From assembly GCA_963764515.1 (NCBI GenBank), contig CAVXSS010000001.1:991672-1055671 (forward strand): a DNA stretch of 64,000 bases. Direction: 5' to 3'. The position numbers and the translations under genes were made by a program. The notes below the pieces were generated by a model that searched no databases, was not told where the DNA came from, and saw only the letters and a program-made list of their open reading frames with translations. Source of the DNA: an uncultured Chloroflexia bacterium. GTDB taxonomy: Bacteria; Chloroflexota; Limnocylindria; Limnocylindrales; CSP1-4. This document shows, in pieces, positions 28,983-39,844 of the stretch. How positions within the stretch are numbered: position 1 is the first letter of the stretch; the number at the start of each line of letters is the position of its first letter.

Positions 28983-29158
28983 AAGCCGGGCGGCCGTTGC
29001 GTGGGACGCACCGTTTCCTGCGTCGGACGGCATCCAGACAGGCGAATGAGCGTGCCGCGACCGACTCGGTGCGTGGGACGCACCGATCCCGGCTTGGTCC
29101 GCCCCTCCGAGCCCTCCGTGAGCCCACCGCGACCGATCCGGTGCGTGGGACGCACCAA
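28983..29158. repeat. Three palindromic units at an exact 72-bp period
   Basis: TGCGTGGGACGCACC at 28998, 29070 and 29142; hairpin CGGTGCGT-GGG-ACGCACCG. Confidence 0.88.
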
Positions 29159-29264
29159 CGGCCCGCCCGCACCCCCCCGCCGCCGGCCGCGCCGCCCAAC
29201 CGCCGCGGATACGGCGTCCGCCGTAGTGCCTTCCCGAACACCCCTCTGCTAGGCTGGCGGCCGC

Positions 29265-30714
29265 ATGCGAGACCTGACCGATCGCGCCCTCGATACCGCC
29301 GCAGCGCTGGGCGCAAGTTACGCGGATGCGCGCGTCGTCAGGCGGCTCGACGAGAGCATCGCCATCAAGACCGGCCGCGTCGAAGGGGTCGCCTCCGGCG
29401 AGAGCGAAGGCTTCGGTGTCCGTGTCGTGGTCGACGGGGCGTGGGGCTTCGCGGCAAGCCACATCCTGACGGCCGCCGAGGCGGATCGCGTCGCGGGCGA
29501 GGCAGTTCGAATCGCCAGGGCGTCGGCGACTGCCATGCGCGAGCCGGTCGTGCTCGCCGCCACGGCCGCAGGCCGTGGGGCGCTTCGAGACGCCGGTCGG
29601 CGAGGACCCGTTCACGGTCCCGCTCGACCGCAAGATCGCCGATCTGCTGGCCGCCGACACCGCCGCCAGCGGGGTCAAGGGCATCGCGTTCACGGAGTCC
29701 ATCTATGCCGCCCAGCGAGAGTGGAAGACGTTCGCGGCCACGGACGGCAGCTTCACCGAGCAGGTCATCACCCACGTTGGCTCGGCGATCGAGGCGAACG
29801 CCGTCGACGGCGATGAGCACCAGCGCCGCTCGTATCCCGACTCCGGCGGCGGCTGGAACGCAGCCGGCTACGAGTTCATCCGGGGGTTGCGCCTGGCCGA
29901 CAGGGCGGAGCCACTCGCCGAGGAGGCGGTCGAGCTGCTGACCGCGCCCCAATGTCCGTCGGGCCGGTTCACGATCATCCTCGATCCGTCGCAGCTGTAC
30001 CTCCAGGTCCACGAGTCGTGCGGCCACCCGACCGAGCTCGACCGCGTGTTCGGCACCGAGGCCTCATACGCGGGCACCAGCTTCCTGACCACCGACAAGC
30101 TCGAATTGGGGTTCCGGTACGGCTCGGACCTGATCGACATCGTCGCCGACGCGACCGCGCCCGGCGGCATGGGCACCTTCGGCTGGGACGACGAAGGGGT
30201 CGAGGCGCAGGCCGTGCCGCTCGTCAAGGAGGGCATCTTCGTCGGCTATCTCACGAGCCGCGAGACCGCGCCAAGGATCGGGCGGACCAGTGGCGGGGCG
30301 ATGCGCGCCGACGGTTGGAATCGCATCCCGCTCATTCGGATGACGAACATCAACCTGCTGCCGAAGCCGGGCATGAGCCTCGACGAGATCGTCGCCGATA
30401 CCGACGACGGCCTGTATCTCGCGTCGAACCGGTCCTGGTCGATCGACGACCGCCGTCTCAACTTCCAGTTCGCGACCGAGGTCGCCTACGAGGTCAAGGG
30501 TGGGAAGAAAGGCCGGCTCTTCAAGAATCCGACCTACACCGGCATCACCTACGAGTTCTGGCGTTCGTGCGACGCGGTCGGCGACGCCAGGAGCTACGTC
30601 ATGCTGGGCACGCCCAACTGCGGCAAGGGCGAGCCCGGCCAGGTAGGGCACGTCGGCCACGCGGTCCCGGGCGCCCGCTTCCGGAACGTCCAGGTGGGTG
30701 TCGGCAAGTGGTAG
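29265..30714 (+). pseudogene. tldD: TldD metalloprotease, frameshifted near 29559 (sequencing error or recent lesion)
   Basis: The N-terminus (YADAR, GFGVRV..GAWGFA) is in one frame; the remainder with HESCGH, RMTN and CGKG is in the +1 frame. Confidence 0.85.
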
Positions 30715-30730
30715 GCGCGGTGGTGACCCG

Positions 30731-32083
30731 ATGATCGACGACCGCGCACGCGATGCGCTGAAGCTCGCCGAGACCGCCATCGCCCACGCCGAGAAGGAAG
30801 GCGCCACGGAGGCCGAAGCGCTGGTCATGGCCGACGAGGCCGCCCTCACCCGGTTCGCCAACAGCCAGATCCACCAGAACGTCGCCGAGCGCAACGTCGT
30901 GGTGAACCTTCGCTTCGTCGTCGGCAAACGGGTCGGGGTCGCCTCGAGCGGTCGGACCGACGACGAGGGCCTGCGCCGCCTCGCCGCCAATGCCGGAGCG
31001 ATCGCCCGGGTCGTGGAGGAACTCGCCGACTGGGGCGGGCTGCCCGGACCGACCACGGCCGAGGACGTCGCGGCCGGCTACAGCGACGGCACCGCGAACG
31101 CCAGCCCCGAGTCCCGGGCCGAGGGCGTACGGCAGGTCATCGCGGCCGCCGATACGGCCGGCGTCACGGCCTACGGCTCGTTCTCGACCGGCACCGAATC
31201 GATCGCGGTCGCGAACTCGAAGGGCACCCGCCAGCACGGGACGCGGACCGTCGCCCAACTGCTGACCGTGTCGATGGGGCCCGACGGAGGGAGCGGTTAC
31301 GCGGAGACGGCGGCGGTCGACAGCAGCACGATCGATGCGGGCGCCCTGGGCCGGGAAGCGTCGGCGAAGGCTCGCGCCACGGCCAACGCCGTGGCCGTCG
31401 AGGCCGGAGACTACCCGGTCGTGCTCGAGGAGTACGCGGTCGTCGACGTCATGGACATGCTCGGCTATCTCGGTTTCAGTGCCCTGGCGATCCAGGAGGG
31501 CCGCAGCTTCGTCGAGATCGGCAAGCGGATCGGCAGCGACCTCGTGACGATCACCGATGACGGGCATGACCCGGCCGGCCTGCCGCTCTGGTTCGACTTC
31601 GAAGGCGTCGCGAAACAGCGGGTGCCACTCGTCGAGGCTGGCGTTGCTCGCGGCGTGGTCTACGACGCCCAGACCGCGGCCCGCGACGGCGTCCGATCGA
31701 CGGGCCACGGGCTCCCTGCCCCGAACGCCTACGGCCCGTTCCCCCTGAACATGGTGATGGATCCCGGAGACGTCTCGCGCGACGACCTCGTCGGCGGGCT
31801 GGATCGTGGCCTGCTGGTCACGCGCTTCCACTACACGAATCCCGTGCATCCCAAGCTCGCCATCGTGACGGGCATGACCCGCGACGGCACGTTTCTCGTC
31901 GAGGACGGCAAGGTCGTCGCGCCGGTCAAGAACCTGCGCTTCACCCAGAGCTACCTCGATGCGCTTGCCGGGATCGCCGCGATCGCCCGTGAGCGGCGCA
32001 CGCTCAAGGGGTTCCTCGGCGGCGTCGTCGTCCCGGCCGTCCGCATCGATGGCTGGACGTTCACCGGTACCACCGAGCACTGA
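30731..32083 (+). CDS. pmbA: PmbA/TldE family protein
   Basis: TRFANSQIHQN, FDFEG, STGH and TGMTRDG motifs; follows tldD. Confidence 0.9.
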   Translation: MIDDRARDALKLAETAIAHAEKEGATEAEALVMADEAALTRFANSQIHQNVAERNVVVNLRFVVGKRVGVASSGRTDDEGLRRLAANAGAIARVVEELADWGGLPGPTTAEDVAAGYSDGTANASPESRAEGVRQVIAAADTAGVTAYGSFSTGTESIAVANSKGTRQHGTRTVAQLLTVSMGPDGGSGYAETAAVDSSTIDAGALGREASAKARATANAVAVEAGDYPVVLEEYAVVDVMDMLGYLGFSALAIQEGRSFVEIGKRIGSDLVTITDDGHDPAGLPLWFDFEGVAKQRVPLVEAGVARGVVYDAQTAARDGVRSTGHGLPAPNAYGPFPLNMVMDPGDVSRDDLVGGLDRGLLVTRFHYTNPVHPKLAIVTGMTRDGTFLVEDGKVVAPVKNLRFTQSYLDALAGIAAIARERRTLKGFLGGVVVPAVRIDGWTFTGTTEH

Positions 32084-32090
32084 CTGGGCG

Positions 32091-32510
32091 TCAGGGGTAG
32101 CCGAGGAGGATCTGACCCTCGACGCCGGTGACACAACCGCCGCCGATCAGCTCGCCCTCGTGGTGGACCACCCGGCCGGACGCGTCGAGGACTTCCAGGG
32201 ACGGGTCGAACCGTGCGCTGAACCCCGTCGGCCAGAGCACCTCTGTCCGCAGGCCGGACCGTCGGTCCACGATCCAGGTCAGCCCCGGGTCGGAGGGGTC
32301 GCCATGCAGGATCGCGTCGAGCCCGACACCGCCGCAGGCGGCGGCTGTCCCGGGCTGGGGTGGCTGGAACGCCGTGGTCGGCAGCGGCGTCCCGAAGGCG
32401 GGTGTGGCTGGAGCGACGGACGGCACGGTCGACGAGCAGCCCCCGGCGATCGCGACCGCCGCGGCGAGACCGGCAGCGACGACCCATGGCGTGCGCGGGA
32501 CGCGAGTCAT
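32091..32510 (-). CDS. Putative lipoprotein
   Basis: Lipobox-like IAGGC; TATGCT -10 box 6 nt upstream. Confidence 0.7.
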   Translation of the reverse strand: MTRVPRTPWVVAAGLAAAVAIAGGCSSTVPSVAPATPAFGTPLPTTAFQPPQPGTAAACGGVGLDAILHGDPSDPGLTWIVDRRSGLRTEVLWPTGFSARFDPSLEVLDASGRVVHHEGELIGGGCVTGVEGQILLGYP

Positions 32511-32645
32511 CGACGGAGCATACGGTGACGCCGTCGGTCGGTCGGTCGGTCGGCGATCGTGCCCGATCTCGAACGCGGACGGGCGAGCCCTAAGTGTCCG
32601 CGGTCCGGTACGCTCGCGGTCCTGAGCCGACCAACCGGAGGACCG

Positions 32646-33911
32646 ATGCCCGCGTTCGATGTCGATGCCCTGCGTCGTGAGTTCCCGGCCCTCGCGCGTG
32701 AGCAATCCGGACGGCCGGTCGCGTTCCTCGATGGCCCGGGCGGCACCCAGGTCCCGCAGCGGGTGATCGACGCGGTCGTCGGCTATTACCGCGACTCGAA
32801 CGCCAACGCCGACGGTGCCTTCGCGACGAGCCGCCGCTCGGATGAGATCGTCGCGGAGGCCCACGGCGCGGTCGCCGACTTCGTTGGCGCCGGTTCACCG
32901 GAGGAGATCAAGTTCGGCTACAACATGTCGACGCTCACGCTCCACATCGGTCGGTCGATCGGGGCGACGCTGGGGCCACGCGACGAGATCGTCGTCACGA
33001 CCCTCGATCACGAGGCCAACGTCTCGACCTGGAAGGCGATGGCCGCCGACCGGGGCGTCACCGTCCACCAGGTGGACATCCACCTCGACGATGTCACCCT
33101 CGATCTCGAGGACCTCGAGTCGAAGCTGGGGCCGCGGACGAGGCTCGTCGCGGTCGGCTACGCGAGCAACGCGGTCGGCACGGTCAATCCGGTCCGGGAG
33201 ATCGTGGCGCGAGCCCACGAGGTCGGGGCGCTCACGTACGTCGATGCCGTCGCCTACGCCCCCCACGGTCCCATCGATGTCCGGGCCCTCGACACGGACT
33301 TCCTCGTCACGTCGGCCTACAAGTGGTTCGGGCCGCATCTCGGAGCCCTGTACGGCAAGGCGGAGGTCCTCGATCGGCTGCCGGTCTTCAAGGTCCGGCC
33401 GGCGCACGACCGGTTCGAGACCGGGACACCGTCGTTCGAGTCGATCGCCGGGACGCTCGCGGCGACCGACTACTTGCGCGACGTCGGACGGTCGTACGGC
33501 GATGTCACCGGCGCGCTCGGAGCGGCGGACGCGAGTGAGCGCCGGCGAGAGCTGGTGGCCGGGATGACCGCGATCGCCGCCTACGAGCGCGGGCTCGTGA
33601 CCCGCCTCATCGACGGGCTGGAGGGGATCGGGGGCGTGCAGATCCACGGCATCACCGACCGCGCCCGGTTAGACCAGCGGGTCCCGACGGTCTCGGTCTC
33701 GATCGACGGCGTCCATCCGAGGGCGGCCGCCGAGGCCCTCGGCCGCGATGGCATCTACGTCTGGGACGGCGACTTCTACGCGACCGGGCTCATCGAGCGC
33801 CTCGGCAAGGCCGAGGCCGGCGGCGTGCTGCGCCTGGGCCTCGTCCACTACAACACGGCAGCCGAGGTCGACCGGACGCTGGAAGCGCTCGGGCGGATCG
33901 CGGCGCGGTGA
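32646..33911 (+). CDS. Cysteine desulfurase-like class V PLP aminotransferase
   Basis: FLDGPGGTQ, DHEAN, DAV..APH, SAYKWFGPH and FETGT motifs; GGAGG RBS. Confidence 0.92.
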   Translation: MPAFDVDALRREFPALAREQSGRPVAFLDGPGGTQVPQRVIDAVVGYYRDSNANADGAFATSRRSDEIVAEAHGAVADFVGAGSPEEIKFGYNMSTLTLHIGRSIGATLGPRDEIVVTTLDHEANVSTWKAMAADRGVTVHQVDIHLDDVTLDLEDLESKLGPRTRLVAVGYASNAVGTVNPVREIVARAHEVGALTYVDAVAYAPHGPIDVRALDTDFLVTSAYKWFGPHLGALYGKAEVLDRLPVFKVRPAHDRFETGTPSFESIAGTLAATDYLRDVGRSYGDVTGALGAADASERRRELVAGMTAIAAYERGLVTRLIDGLEGIGGVQIHGITDRARLDQRVPTVSVSIDGVHPRAAAEALGRDGIYVWDGDFYATGLIERLGKAEAGGVLRLGLVHYNTAAEVDRTLEALGRIAAR

Positions 33912-34030
33912 CAGGCGCCGGGCCGCCGGTTTCTGGCGTCACCGCGATGGTCAGGTTGCGCGTTCGGCCCGCGCCACGCATCATGCCGCCGGGCCGGCGG
34001 GTGATCGGCCATCTCACGGGGAACGCATCC

Positions 34031-34756
34031 ATGATCCGATCCACGCGCGCGGGCTTCGGTGCCGCGCTGCTCTTGCCGGTCATCCTCGCCGTCGCCGCCT
34101 GTGGCGGCGCGACGAGCTCCGCGACGCCCGCTGGCGCCGCGACCCCGACACCGGCGGGCGACGACAACGGCCAGCCGACCGTCCCGGCCGGCGCCATCCC
34201 GTCCTTTGACATCAGTGCGCTGACCGGCGGCATCCCGGGCCTCGATTCGTATCGCACCGAGTTCAGCACCAACGGCGTCAAGAACTACGAGAGCGTCGTC
34301 GTGACGAAGCCCGAACTCTCGAAGCACATCACGACGTTCAAGGACGACGGCACGGTCGATACCCAGTTCATCGTGATCGGGAAGGATGCCTGGTCGGCGG
34401 ATGGACCGGACGGCACGTTCGCGGCCGTCCCGGAGGGATTGGCCGGCACCATGCTGCTGGCATTCGATCCGACCTTGCTGCTCGGCGCCTACACCGCCCT
34501 CGACTGGGGCACGGTGGCGAGCAACGTGGGCACGGAGGACAAGAACGGCGTCTCGGCGCATCACGTCAGGGTCGATCCCACGGCCCTCATCGGCGCGGGG
34601 GCGAACATGCCGGCCGGGTCGTCGATCGATGTCTGGATCGCCGACGCCGGCTACATCGTCGCCTGGGAGATGTCCGGGTTCGAGGGGGATTCGAACATCT
34701 CGATCCAGGTCACCAACGTCAACGACTCGTCCAACAAGGTCGATCGCCCGGCCTGA
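34031..34756 (+). CDS. Lipoprotein, LppX/LprG/LolA-like fold (inferred)
   Basis: Lipobox VAAC, beta-rich, VGTEDKNGV..HHV and DVWIADAG. Confidence 0.72.
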   Translation: MIRSTRAGFGAALLLPVILAVAACGGATSSATPAGAATPTPAGDDNGQPTVPAGAIPSFDISALTGGIPGLDSYRTEFSTNGVKNYESVVVTKPELSKHITTFKDDGTVDTQFIVIGKDAWSADGPDGTFAAVPEGLAGTMLLAFDPTLLLGAYTALDWGTVASNVGTEDKNGVSAHHVRVDPTALIGAGANMPAGSSIDVWIADAGYIVAWEMSGFEGDSNISIQVTNVNDSSNKVDRPA

Positions 34757-34765
34757 CCGTCCAGG

Positions 34766-35473
34766 CTACGCGACCACCTCGGGCCCGGCTTCGGCCGGGC
34801 CCGGTTCATGCCGGAGCCACCAGCCGAGTCCCAGGGCCCCGACGGCCGGCACGGCGGTCCACGCGGTGAATACGAGCAGGGCGAGCGTGACGATCGCCTG
34901 CACGTCGGCCACGGTCCCGATGCCGGTCCGCAGCCGATCGGCCAGCGACCCGAAGCGCACACCCAGCGAGGCCAGCGTCGCCGCACTGCGGTCCAGCGAC
35001 GTCCGGTTCTCGAGCAGGCTCCCGCTGACGAGGTCCAGCTTCGTGTCGAGGCCCTCGAGCCCGGTCTTGATCTCGGAGACGAGGTCCGCGGCGCTCGACA
35101 AGGGCTGATTCCCCAGGATGTTGATCGAGCGGAACTGGGCCTCGACATCGGTGAGTCGAGGCCCGACGGCGCGGACCGTGTCCGCGGCCTGGCTGACCGC
35201 CGATGCGGTCGTGTCCAGCGTGCCGGAGAATGATCCCGCGCTCGTGCCGGCGACCGTCATGACGTTCGCGGCCTCGTCCAGGGTGGCGATGACCGAATCG
35301 ACCTGCGCCCGTGCGCGGTCGGCCAATGCGTCGATCCGACCAGCGACCCACATGAGTGCGACCAGGCCGAGGATGGCGATCACCAACCCGATCGCGCCGT
35401 AGGCAATCAGGCCGTTGCCGAGGCGGCGCAGGCGGGTCCGATCGCCGACCGATCGCTCGGGGCTCGCCGTCAC
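34766..35473 (-). CDS. Membrane protein with a coiled-coil domain
   Basis: TM, long heptad region, TM; GTGA overlap with the upstream stop. Confidence 0.72.
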   Translation of the reverse strand: MTASPERSVGDRTRLRRLGNGLIAYGAIGLVIAILGLVALMWVAGRIDALADRARAQVDSVIATLDEAANVMTVAGTSAGSFSGTLDTTASAVSQAADTVRAVGPRLTDVEAQFRSINILGNQPLSSAADLVSEIKTGLEGLDTKLDLVSGSLLENRTSLDRSAATLASLGVRFGSLADRLRTGIGTVADVQAIVTLALLVFTAWTAVPAVGALGLGWWLRHEPGPAEAGPEVVA

Positions 35474-36237
35474 CACCGGAACTCGATGACCTCCCCGATG
35501 GCGGTCGGGATCGTGCGGACCTCCGGCGACAGCTCAGCGGCGAACGCCGTGAACTCGGCCGGTGGATCGACGAGTCGCTCCGGGTAGACGCGACGCATGG
35601 CACTCGGCCAGTACGTGCCCCAATGGATGGGCACCGCCGCGCGGGGCTGGATGAGGCGCAATGCCTCGGCGGCACGCCGTGGATCGAGATGCCGCCCGCG
35701 GCCCAGCATCGGACCCCAGCCCCAGACAGGGAGCAGCGCGAGGTCGATCGTGCCCGCGAGGTCGGCCATCGCCGGGAACAGGTCGGTGTCGCCGGCGAAG
35801 TAGACCGACCGGCGGCCCCTGAGCACGAAACCGAGCGTGCCGGCCGTCGGACCGAGCGGCGGCCGGAAGCCGGAGTGTCGAGCTGGCACGCCCTCGATGC
35901 GGATGCCGCCGATCTCCAGGTCCTGACCCGGTCGCAGTTCGTGGACCTCGTCGAAGCCCGCTGCACGGAGCCATGCGCCAGAACCGACCGGGGACACGAT
36001 CGGGACGTCCGGATCCAGGTCGCGCAGCGAGGGCATGTCGAGGTGGTCCCAGTGGAGATGCGACACGAGGACGACATCGATGCCGGCCAGGCGCCGCCGG
36101 TCCGGGACCGGGACGACCCGACGGAGCGGTCCGATCCGCGCGCGTGTGGCCGGGTCGGTCAGGACGCGCAGGCCATCGAGCTCGATGACCGACGTGGCAT
36201 GGCCGATGAGATCGATCGTCAGCGACCGCTGCGTCAT
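35470..36237 (-). CDS. MBL-fold metallo-hydrolase
   Basis: SHLHWDHLD, FAGDT and PIHWGT motifs. Confidence 0.9.
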   Translation of the reverse strand: MTQRSLTIDLIGHATSVIELDGLRVLTDPATRARIGPLRRVVPVPDRRRLAGIDVVLVSHLHWDHLDMPSLRDLDPDVPIVSPVGSGAWLRAAGFDEVHELRPGQDLEIGGIRIEGVPARHSGFRPPLGPTAGTLGFVLRGRRSVYFAGDTDLFPAMADLAGTIDLALLPVWGWGPMLGRGRHLDPRRAAEALRLIQPRAAVPIHWGTYWPSAMRRVYPERLVDPPAEFTAFAAELSPEVRTIPTAIGEVIEFRW

Positions 36238-36244
36238 CGATGGA

Positions 36245-36685
36245 TCAGTCGACCGGCGGCGGGACGTCGCAGGCCGGACCCTCGAGCCGCAGGGCGCGCC
36301 CGATCTCGTGCCGGTGGCCCGCGATCGCGTCATACCCTGCCCCGACCACCCAGCGGAACGGCGCGACCCCACGCCACGGATCGAGCACGTGGCCGCCGGG
36401 CAGCTCATGCACGATGGCGAGCGCCGCATCGCCGCCCGCGAGGACCCGGCCGTCGGCGGCCACGACGTGGAGCGCCGACTCGAGCGGCGACCCTGCACCG
36501 GCAGTCCTGATCGCGGGATCGCTCGAGGCCAGCGCCGATTGCAGCGCGACCATCGCCAACCGGCCGCGACGGTCCCATCGCCGGAGCTGCTTGATCGTGG
36601 CCTGGCACAGGCCGCAGTCGCGGTCGTACAGGACGGTCAGCGCAGGGTCACCCCGCGGTTGCGCTTCGATGGCGACTTCAGCCAT
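36245..36685 (-). CDS. DCC family thiol-disulfide oxidoreductase
   Basis: VLYDRDCGLC (DxxCxxC). Confidence 0.9.
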   Translation of the reverse strand: MAEVAIEAQPRGDPALTVLYDRDCGLCQATIKQLRRWDRRGRLAMVALQSALASSDPAIRTAGAGSPLESALHVVAADGRVLAGGDAALAIVHELPGGHVLDPWRGVAPFRWVVGAGYDAIAGHRHEIGRALRLEGPACDVPPPVD

Positions 36686-36690
36686 CGGAC

Positions 36691-38769
36691 TCACCGCCAG
36701 GTGCTGCGGGCTGCGTCCGGGTAGAGCCGCACCCGTCGATACGGTTCCCGGCCGCGTGAGCGCGACACGAGGTTGGCTCGCTCGGCCATCTGGTGCTGGA
36801 GCCGGCGGATGTAGGCGTTCTGGGGTGCGAGCTCCACGGGTTCGGATGATGAGAGCACCGCCCCGATCGCGTCCTCCGTCTCCCGCAGGGCCGCCTCGCG
36901 TGGGTCGATCTCCAACGAGAAGATCGAGGTCAGGCTGGACTGCATCTGCGGGATGGTGTTGCTCTTGAGGACGTAGATCGGCATCGCCCGGTCCTCGGCG
37001 TCGCGGAGCATCGGCGTCTTCTGCTTGTACTCGTTCTTCAGCGTCATGACCACGTCCGCCTCGTCCACGTCCCGGGCGATGACGACGGGGAGTTGCAGGT
37101 CGCGGATGGCCTGCTCGAGGCGCTTGCGGCTGATACCCTGCGGCAGGATCCGGAGCGTCGGCAGCGGCGAGCCACCCGGCACCAGGACGGTCTCGCCATG
37201 CGCCCCTTCCTCGGCGCCCAGCGGGAGCGTGTCCCCTTCGAGCTCGTCGAGGTCGTCCGCATTGACCGGGCCGGTCCCCTCTTCGGCCTTGAGGGCGTTG
37301 AGCGCGCGCGACGCCTGGTCCCGCCACGCCTTCTGACGCTCGAGCTCGCGAGCCTCGCGAGCGCGGGTCTCGGCGGTGGATGCCGTGCCTGCCCGCTCCA
37401 GCGGTCCGCGATCGGCGATCTCACCGAGGACGAATGGCGCATCGACGCCCGGAGCCGACAGCGTGAATCGTTCACCGGGCATCGCGCCCGATGCGCCGCC
37501 CTCCGTCGTACCGCGCGACGCCGGCTCGCGCCCGGAGCCGCCTCGCGTCTGTCGCCAGCCGCCCGACGCACCGGGGCGATAGCCTGGCCGGAAGGCCCCG
37601 CCGCGGTCCGCCTCGCGGTAGCCACCCGCCCGGTATGCTCCGTCGCCGCGCCAGCCGGGCTCCATCCGCCACGGCGATCCCGAACCGACCAGGCCCGCGA
37701 ACCGCTCCGCGCCCAACTGCTCCCGCGGCGATGGGCGGGGCCGGCCCTGGGATCGGTGCACGCCTTCCTCGTCGCGCCAGCGCAGTTCGGGCGCCACGGG
37801 ATCGCCGCGCAGCATCGCATCGACGGTGTCGGCCACGTCGCTATGCACGGCCACGCGCTCGCGGTCCTGGATCTCGACGATGACATCGAACGTCGGCGGC
37901 GCCTTGCGCTCGAGCACGCTCTTCTGCGTCCGCCGGCGGCGGGCCTCCTCATCGCCCAGGGTCACGCTCTGGATGCCACCGATGAGGTCGGACAGGGTCG
38001 GGTTGAGCATCAGGTTGTCGAGGTTGTTGCCGTGGGCCGTCCCGATGAGCATGACGCCGCGCTCGGCGATCGTGCGCGCCGCCTGGGCCTCGAGCTCCGT
38101 GCCGATCTCGTCGATGACGATGACCTGGGGCATGTGGTTCTCGACCGCCTCGATCATGACCTCGTGCTGGAGCGACGGCGTCCGGACCTGCATCCGTCGC
38201 GCCTTGCCGATGGCCGGATGCGGGATGTCGCCGTCGCCGGCGATCTCGTTGCTGGTGTCGACCACGACGACACGCTTGCCCATGTCGTCGGCGAGGACGC
38301 GGGCCGCCTCTCGCAGCATCGTCGTCTTGCCGATCCCGGGCCGACCCATGATCAGGATCGACTTCCCGCTCTCGACGAAGTCGTTGATGATCTCGATCGT
38401 GCCATAGACCGCGCGACCGATCCGGCAGGTCAAGCCCACCACCTTGCCATTGCGGTTCCGGATCGCGCTGATCCGGTGGAGCGTGCGCTCGATGCCAGCC
38501 CGATTGTCGTCGCCGAACGTGCCGATGTGCCCGACGACGAACGAGAGGTCGGCCTCGCCGACTTCGCGGTCCAGGAGCGACACCTCCGAATCGGGGAACC
38601 GGGCCTCCGGCCGGCGGCCCAGGTCGAGCACGACCTCGATGAGGTCGGTCCGATCCGGGAGCGCATGGACGGCCTCGACGACCTCGGGCGGCAGAGCGCC
38701 CAACAAGGCGTCGAGATCGTCCATCGATTCGATCTGGCGGTCCTCGTGGCCCACGTGGTCCTCCGTCAA
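36691..38769 (-). CDS. Ycf45-like AAA ATPase with a C-terminal R3H domain
   Basis: [29 protein letters not shown]; R3H motif [11 protein letters not shown]. Confidence 0.9.
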   Translation of the reverse strand: MTEDHVGHEDRQIESMDDLDALLGALPPEVVEAVHALPDRTDLIEVVLDLGRRPEARFPDSEVSLLDREVGEADLSFVVGHIGTFGDDNRAGIERTLHRISAIRNRNGKVVGLTCRIGRAVYGTIEIINDFVESGKSILIMGRPGIGKTTMLREAARVLADDMGKRVVVVDTSNEIAGDGDIPHPAIGKARRMQVRTPSLQHEVMIEAVENHMPQVIVIDEIGTELEAQAARTIAERGVMLIGTAHGNNLDNLMLNPTLSDLIGGIQSVTLGDEEARRRRTQKSVLERKAPPTFDVIVEIQDRERVAVHSDVADTVDAMLRGDPVAPELRWRDEEGVHRSQGRPRPSPREQLGAERFAGLVGSGSPWRMEPGWRGDGAYRAGGYREADRGGAFRPGYRPGASGGWRQTRGGSGREPASRGTTEGGASGAMPGERFTLSAPGVDAPFVLGEIADRGPLERAGTASTAETRAREARELERQKAWRDQASRALNALKAEEGTGPVNADDLDELEGDTLPLGAEEGAHGETVLVPGGSPLPTLRILPQGISRKRLEQAIRDLQLPVVIARDVDEADVVMTLKNEYKQKTPMLRDAEDRAMPIYVLKSNTIPQMQSSLTSIFSLEIDPREAALRETEDAIGAVLSSSEPVELAPQNAYIRRLQHQMAERANLVSRSRGREPYRRVRLYPDAARSTWR

Positions 38770-38776
38770 CCGACGC

Positions 38777-39844
38777 TCACCGCACCCCGGCCGGCACCAG
38801 GGCCGGTTCCGCGACGCGGACGAGGGTTTCCTTCATCAACAAGACGACGCTGGCGATCGAGTCGAAGCCGGCGTCCTCCAGGCGCCGGTCGACCGGTGAT
38901 TCGTAGGTTCGCACGGGCGCGATGACACCGTGTTCCGAGTGGCGATCGCCGTCCCTGGTCGTACGCGCGGCGATGACGCCGAGCGCGAACCCGACCAGCG
39001 CCGACGCGTCGGCATCGGACTTGGCGACGACCTTCAGGTAGTGCGGCTGCGCCTCCTTGGCGACGCCGATCTGGACGAAGCCACAGAGCTCGGTCCCGTC
39101 GCGGCCCCCGCCTGGTTGGACCTGGACGAAGCCTTCCACGTCGGCGAAGCGCAGGATCGGCGCGAGGCTCGAGCGTGGCACTCGCGAGTGGGTGCCCTGA
39201 CGCTCCCAGTCGGGCAGGCGGATCGCTTCGAGCCTGGCGACCGGAGCCGGTGTCGCCGCGGCATACAGCCGGGCGAGCGCGAGCGCGTCGAGCGGCACCG
39301 TGGGACGGATCCCGGCAGCGGCGGCGCGCTTGTCCGTCCACGGCGCCGGCAACGGACGGTCGGCCGGGCGGGCCATGATGCGTTCCTCGCCGTAGCGGAT
39401 GAAGCCGGCCTGCATGAGCAGCTCGACGTTGCCATCGGCATCGGCGCAGGCCACGTGGAAGCGCGCGGCACCGCGCTTCGAGCCCTCGCGCAGGAGCTGC
39501 TGGACCAACCGGTAGCGGATGTCGCCCGCGTCGGCCATGCCGACCGCGTCGAGCTCGACGATCGTCCACTCGTCGCGGACCGACTCGCGCTCGACGCGGA
39601 CGAGGCCCGCGATCCCGCCGTCATGCTCGTAGACGTACATGAGGTCGTTCGGGCGGAACGCGCCAAGGGGCAGGCGGAACAGGCTGAACACGCCGATCGG
39701 CGGGCCGCTGACCGGCAGTCCAAGCGACCGGGTGTCGGCCCCGTCCGACTGGCACAGGCGCGAGAGCTCGCCGAGCGCGGCCAGGTCCGTGAGGCGCGCG
39801 GCTCGGACCTTGCCGCCGGGGCGCGCGGTCCGTGCCTCGCTCAT
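38777..39844 (-). CDS. Tandem GNAT-like protein
   Basis: Two GNAT-like repeats (VRAARLTDL...QAGF; IRPTVPLDA...DAGF). Confidence 0.7.
   Translation of the reverse strand: MSEARTARPGGKVRAARLTDLAALGELSRLCQSDGADTRSLGLPVSGPPIGVFSLFRLPLGAFRPNDLMYVYEHDGGIAGLVRVERESVRDEWTIVELDAVGMADAGDIRYRLVQQLLREGSKRGAARFHVACADADGNVELLMQAGFIRYGEERIMARPADRPLPAPWTDKRAAAAGIRPTVPLDALALARLYAAATPAPVARLEAIRLPDWERQGTHSRVPRSSLAPILRFADVEGFVQVQPGGGRDGTELCGFVQIGVAKEAQPHYLKVVAKSDADASALVGFALGVIAARTTRDGDRHSEHGVIAPVRTYESPVDRRLEDAGFDSIASVVLLMKETLVRVAEPALVPAGVR

Noticed and set aside
28983-29158. True CRISPR array
   Set aside because: Only three units, one degenerate; the spacers resemble each other; no cas genes or AT-rich leader. 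Kept as a repeat.
28697-29158. ORF with a 24-aa VRPTHR repeat
   Set aside because: Most likely a by-product of the DNA repeat; no RBS or -10 box and no protein-like composition.
29265-32083. TldD/E as part of a RiPP cluster
   Set aside because: No adjacent precursor, YcaO, radical SAM enzyme or exporter.
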